Shown piece by piece: positions 60,086 to 64,000 of a stretch of 64,000 nucleotides of DNA. The notes beneath the pieces were generated by a model. It made no database searches. It was not told the origin of the DNA and saw nothing but the letters and a program-made list of their open reading frames with translations. The translations under genes were made by a program, and so were the position numbers. Origin of the DNA: Candidatus Latescibacterota bacterium (GTDB taxonomy: Bacteria; Latescibacterota; UBA2968); assembly GCA_965204745.1 (NCBI GenBank), contig OZ242010.1:4768001-4832000 (forward strand), read 5' to 3'. Each line of letters starts with the position of its first letter. Position 1 is the stretch's first letter.

Positions 60086-61042
60086 ATGAAAAAACAGATC
60101 TTGCTGGCACTTGTGCTCGGCCTGATGGCAGGCCCCGCGCTCGGCCAGTCGGACTTTGGGGAATACGGCACGATCTTGCCGGTGAAGGGCCAGTCGTCGC
60201 TGGTGTTTCTCAAAATCGGCGCGTCGCCTAGGGCCGTGGCAATGGGCGAAGCCTTCGTTGCGATGAATGGCGGGATCGACGCATCTTTTTACAACCCCGG
60301 CGCACTGGGATTCGTTTCCGGCGGGGAATACGCGCTGACGTACACGCGCTGGCTGGTCAATTCCGGCTTGTATTCCGGAGCCTTGGCTTACAAGTGGGGG
60401 AGCAATGCGTTTGGGATTTCCATCGTGAGCTTTGTGCCCGAAGCCGTGGAGGAAACCACGATTTTTCAAGCCACGGGCACCGGGCGCATGATCCGCGGCG
60501 GGGATACGGCCATTGGATTTTTATTTGCGCGGCAGATGACCGACAAAGTTTCATGGGGCGCGCAGGCGAGGTGGGTTCAAGAGGACTTGGTTCTCAAAAA
60601 GACGAGCACCTTTCAGTTCGACTTGGGCATTTCCGCGTACACGGGCTATCGCAGTTTGCGGATCGCCGCTGCCGCGCGCAATGTGGGCGCCGATGTCACG
60701 GTGGAGACCGAGCAGTTTTCCCCGCCGATCAATTTCAATTTTGGGCTGGCCGGGGAAATCTATGGAAAACAGGGGGACCCGATGTACGTGACGCTTGCAG
60801 CCGAGACCATCATGGCGACCGATTACGGGCAGCGATGGCATTTTGGCGGCGAGTGTTGGATCGCCAATACGTTCGCCCTGCGCGGCGGGTATAAGGTCAA
60901 TTACGACATTGAGGATTACGCCCTGGGCGTGGGACTGAAATATGCGTTTGGCGAGCGCGATATCCGCGTGGATGTGTCCTACAGCGACGGCGGAACGCAT
61001 TTCGACGCCCCATTGCGCGTAGCTTTAAGCGGATCGTTCTGA
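60086..61042 (+). CDS. PorV/PorQ-family outer-membrane barrel (module B)
   Basis: FLKIGASPRAVAMGEA, FYNPGAL, ALRGGY, terminal Phe. Confidence 0.85.
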   Translation: MKKQILLALVLGLMAGPALGQSDFGEYGTILPVKGQSSLVFLKIGASPRAVAMGEAFVAMNGGIDASFYNPGALGFVSGGEYALTYTRWLVNSGLYSGALAYKWGSNAFGISIVSFVPEAVEETTIFQATGTGRMIRGGDTAIGFLFARQMTDKVSWGAQARWVQEDLVLKKTSTFQFDLGISAYTGYRSLRIAAAARNVGADVTVETEQFSPPINFNFGLAGEIYGKQGDPMYVTLAAETIMATDYGQRWHFGGECWIANTFALRGGYKVNYDIEDYALGVGLKYAFGERDIRVDVSYSDGGTHFDAPLRVALSGSF

Positions 61043-61068
61043 TCCCGCAACGCAATGCAAAGCGCGAC

Positions 61069-61107
61069 AGGTGTGTGCAGGGGGTTTCTTGCACGCACCT
61101 TCTTTTT
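61069..61107 (+). terminator. Rho-independent terminator after the PorV-like gene
   Basis: AGGTGTGTGCAGG...CTTGCACGCACCT followed by a T-rich tail. Confidence 0.7.
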
Positions 61108-61186
61108 ATGCTACATTGCGAAGGATGGGATAATGAGTGAAACAGCGGTTGAATACGTCGTTATCGGATGTTAGAGTGGAGTTGAG

Positions 61187-63163
61187 ATGGCTGAATTGAG
61201 CGCAGCGGATCGCGGGTTGAACGCAACAACCGAGCGGATGGGCGTGACGGCGCGGGCGTTTTGCGCGGGCATTGGGGTCGCGCTGTTGGTGAATGTGTTG
61301 CCCGCGTATTCGGCCTATATCGTGCATTCATCGCGCATGGTATTTGCCCATTTGCCGATGGCGACGATGGTGATCTTCACCGCGTTGGCGTGGCCCCTAA
61401 ACGCGCTACTCGCGCGGGCAAAACCGGGATGGGCACTCTCGCAGGGCGAAATGGTGGTGGTCTTTTCGATGGGGTGGATCGCAGGGGCCATCCCCGCGGC
61501 GAATTTCATGGGCTTGTTCATCGGGGGCATCGCCGCGCCCTATTACTACGCGTCGCCCGAAAATCAGTGGGCCGATTATTTGTTGGACGGATTGCCCAAA
61601 TGGGCCGCGCCGCCCAATGATGCGAATCAGATGACGTGGTTTTTCGAGGGCAAACCCCCGGGCGTGGGCATTCCGTGGGATGCGTGGGCCGCGCCGCTCG
61701 CGTGGTGGGGCGCGTTTTTGATCGCGCTGGCATGGGTCAGCGTGGCGCTGATGGCTGCGTTGCGAAAGCAATGGGTGGATCGCGAGCGGTTGCCTTTTCC
61801 CTTGGCCGAGGCGCCGCTGGCGATGGTGGATCAGGGCGAGGATGGGACGTACAAGCTCTTGTCCTCCCGCTTGTTCTGGGCCGGCCTGAGCATTCCCCTA
61901 AGCGTGATGGCGTGGAATACCGCGGGGTATTTCTGGCACGCCTTGCCGCCGATTCCGCTGATGGAGCGATGGGCATTGCCCTTGGGGCGCGGGTTTCCCG
62001 CACTGACGATCAAATTGAATTTCTTCGTCTTGGGCTTTGCGTATTTCACGCATCTCGACGTGTTGTTTAGCCTGTGGTTTTTCTACGCATTGGGCATCGT
62101 GCAAACCGGGGTTTTCGACCGCTTGGGCTATTCGATTGGCGCGTCTGATATTTGGGGCTCGCGCGGGGGCGCGGCATTGGGCTGGCAAGCGATGGGGGCG
62201 TTTTTTGCATTCACCGCGTTGAGCGTGTGGATGGCGCGGGCGCATTTGCGAGACGTGTGGCGCAAGGCCATGCGCGGCGACGCTGCAGTGGATGATTCGG
62301 ACGAGTTGCTGTCTTATCGCACAGCGGTGTGGGGCATGCTCATCGGATCGGCATTTCTCTTTTTCTGGTTGTGGCACGCGGGCATGTCCGCGCTCGTGGC
62401 CGCTGTGTTTTTGTTCGCCCTGATCTTGATGACCGTGGGGGTCACGCGCTTTGTGGCCGAATCCGGCTTGGCTTATGCGCGCATGCCCATCACCCCGCAG
62501 AGTTTTACGTTTTACACCCTAGGCATTCGGCAGATGGACGCGAACAGCGCGGCATCGCTGGCGCTGTCCTATTCGACATTTGGCTTGGGCAACACGTTCG
62601 GCGCATCCACGCTGGCGCACATCGCACAGATGGGCGCGCGCCTCAAACTCAAGACCCGCGCCCTATTTTGGACGACCATGTGCGCGCTGGTGCTGTCCCT
62701 GATCATCTCGGCAGTATTCACGCTCTATCTGGGATACATGCACGGCGCGTACAATTTTAATGTTTATACCTTCAATTCCGGGAATGTGGTGATTTTCAGC
62801 AATGTGGTGAAAAAATTGCAAAACCCCTTTGGCGCCAGCCCGGATAGGCTGATGTTCTTCGGCATCGGCGTGCTCCTCACCGTGCTGTGCGGGGTCATGC
62901 GCTACCGGTTCTTGCAGTGGCCCGTGAGTCCGATTGGCCTGACCGTGTTCACCACCGGCATTTTACAACGTCAAGTATTTACGGTTTTCGCGGCCTGGCT
63001 GGTCAAATTCATCCTGCTCAAAATCGGCGGCATCGGCCTCTACCGCCAATCCCTGCCCCTGTTCATGGGCCTCATGCTCGGCTACGTCTTGGGCATTGGC
63101 TTGGTGTTTCTCGTGGATGTGTTGTTTTTTATGGGCCAAGGGCACATGGTGCATCATTGGTGA
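61187..63163 (+). CDS. DUF6785/DUF6784-like polytopic membrane protein, paralog 3
   Basis: LRKQWVDRERLPFPL, VDDSDELLSYR, GAYNF, C-terminal GQGHMVHHW. Confidence 0.75.
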   Translation: MAELSAADRGLNATTERMGVTARAFCAGIGVALLVNVLPAYSAYIVHSSRMVFAHLPMATMVIFTALAWPLNALLARAKPGWALSQGEMVVVFSMGWIAGAIPAANFMGLFIGGIAAPYYYASPENQWADYLLDGLPKWAAPPNDANQMTWFFEGKPPGVGIPWDAWAAPLAWWGAFLIALAWVSVALMAALRKQWVDRERLPFPLAEAPLAMVDQGEDGTYKLLSSRLFWAGLSIPLSVMAWNTAGYFWHALPPIPLMERWALPLGRGFPALTIKLNFFVLGFAYFTHLDVLFSLWFFYALGIVQTGVFDRLGYSIGASDIWGSRGGAALGWQAMGAFFAFTALSVWMARAHLRDVWRKAMRGDAAVDDSDELLSYRTAVWGMLIGSAFLFFWLWHAGMSALVAAVFLFALILMTVGVTRFVAESGLAYARMPITPQSFTFYTLGIRQMDANSAASLALSYSTFGLGNTFGASTLAHIAQMGARLKLKTRALFWTTMCALVLSLIISAVFTLYLGYMHGAYNFNVYTFNSGNVVIFSNVVKKLQNPFGASPDRLMFFGIGVLLTVLCGVMRYRFLQWPVSPIGLTVFTTGILQRQVFTVFAAWLVKFILLKIGGIGLYRQSLPLFMGLMLGYVLGIGLVFLVDVLFFMGQGHMVHHW

Positions 63164-63180
63164 GAGGCAGTGGTCAGTGG

Positions 63181-63383
63181 TCATGTGAAGGTCGGCGTGT
63201 TGTTATTGCTCATGCGTTGTGTATAAAACCACAGATGCTTTTGGTCATACTGCTGACAAATAGAGACAGACAAGTCAATGCGTTTATCTTGCCAATCCAT
63301 CGCGTGCTCCTTCCTTTGAGGGTGAAAGGGTTGCGCCCTCAAGAAAGGACAAGTACGCGATGGATCCAACTCTTAATTCGCAT
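63181..63383 (-). mobile_element. Truncated IS982-like element: left end plus the first 39 codons of a transposase
   Basis: End ATGCGAATTAAGAGTT; RBS AAGGAG; ORF 63300-63181 MDWQDKRIDLSVSICQQY...QRMSNNNTPTFT resembles DDE transposase N-termini (from memory). Confidence 0.65.
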
Positions 63384-63401
63384 TGACAACTGATGGCATC
63401 T

Positions 63402-64000
63402 CTAACCGTGATCAATGCCCAACAACGCCTCGTTCAAACTGCCCGGGCGATAGCCCTGAAGGTCGAGCGTGACATAGCGGTACCCGATGGTTTTGAGCGC
63501 GTGGGCCACGGCCTCGTTTGTCCCGCCATTAAAAAACCGCGCCAAGTCCGCGGGTGGAACCTCGATGCGGGCAATATCCTCGTGGTGGCGAACGCGCACT
63601 TGGGCAAAGCCGCGCGCTTTCAAAAATTGCTCGGCGCGGTCGATCATCTGCAAGGCTTTGGGCGTTACCGGCGTGCCGTATGGAATCCGCGAGGACAAAC
63701 ACGCGGACGCGGGCATATCCCATGTGGGCAAGCCCCATTGCTTGGACAGGGTTCGGACGTCGTCTTTGGTAAATCCCAACTCGACCATTGGGGCGCGAAT
63801 CCCGCGAGATTCAGCGGCAGCCATGCCGGGGCGATAATCGCCCACATCGTCTGCGATGGCGCCGTAGAGCAAGTATTTGAACTCGCCTGCGTAGTGCGCG
63901 ATCACCTCGTCCAACTTGTCGGCCAGCGCGCTCTTGCAGTGGAAACACCGATCCGGATCGTTCTTCACGTAATCGGGATTGTCCATCTCCTGCGTATAGA
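63402..64000 (-). CDS. larE: ATP-dependent sacrificial sulfur transferase LarE (3' part; 5' end outside the window)
   Basis: N..DRCFHCK, DD..DYRPG..A, ACLSSRIPYG, QVRVRHH..ARIEV, GY.YVTLDL.GY..GSLN. Confidence 0.9.
   Translation of the reverse strand, partial: YTQEMDNPDYVKNDPDRCFHCKSALADKLDEVIAHYAGEFKYLLYGAIADDVGDYRPGMAAAESRGIRAPMVELGFTKDDVRTLSKQWGLPTWDMPASACLSSRIPYGTPVTPKALQMIDRAEQFLKARGFAQVRVRHHEDIARIEVPPADLARFFNGGTNEAVAHALKTIGYRYVTLDLQGYRPGSLNEALLGIDHG

Overview
Bacterial window, moderately GC-rich with an AT-richer island at about 41.3-50.3 kb. The gene content (TonB receptors with T9SS-like partners, PorV-like barrels, a GWxTD protein, three DUF6785-like membrane proteins, sulfatase, sugar epimerases) suggests an FCB-group organism such as Ca. 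Latescibacterota; this is inference. Housekeeping genes include proS, tRNA-Glu(TTC), a stand-alone frdA/sdhA, a partial larE and chrA. Main observations: (1) a complete IS110 element whose upstream non-coding region folds like a bridge RNA, with readable guides that match its own donor junction and a genome-wide heptamer repeat used as target; (2) two diverged copies of a SusD-free uptake module (TonB receptor, secreted protein with a T9SS-like C-terminal domain, dedicated PorV-like barrel, DUF6785-like inner-membrane protein); (3) a decaying M16 peptidase / cNMP-C39 ABC exporter / HlyD / PpiC island bracketed by toxin-antitoxin remnants; (4) many intergenic repeats (heptamers, GTAG-REP composites, 31- and 54-bp tandem arrays, an IS5-type MITE, two IS982-like left ends); (5) orphan hen1 and a candidate ~90-nt promoter-terminator RNA. 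No CRISPR array or rRNA was seen. All family assignments come from motif recognition, not database searches.
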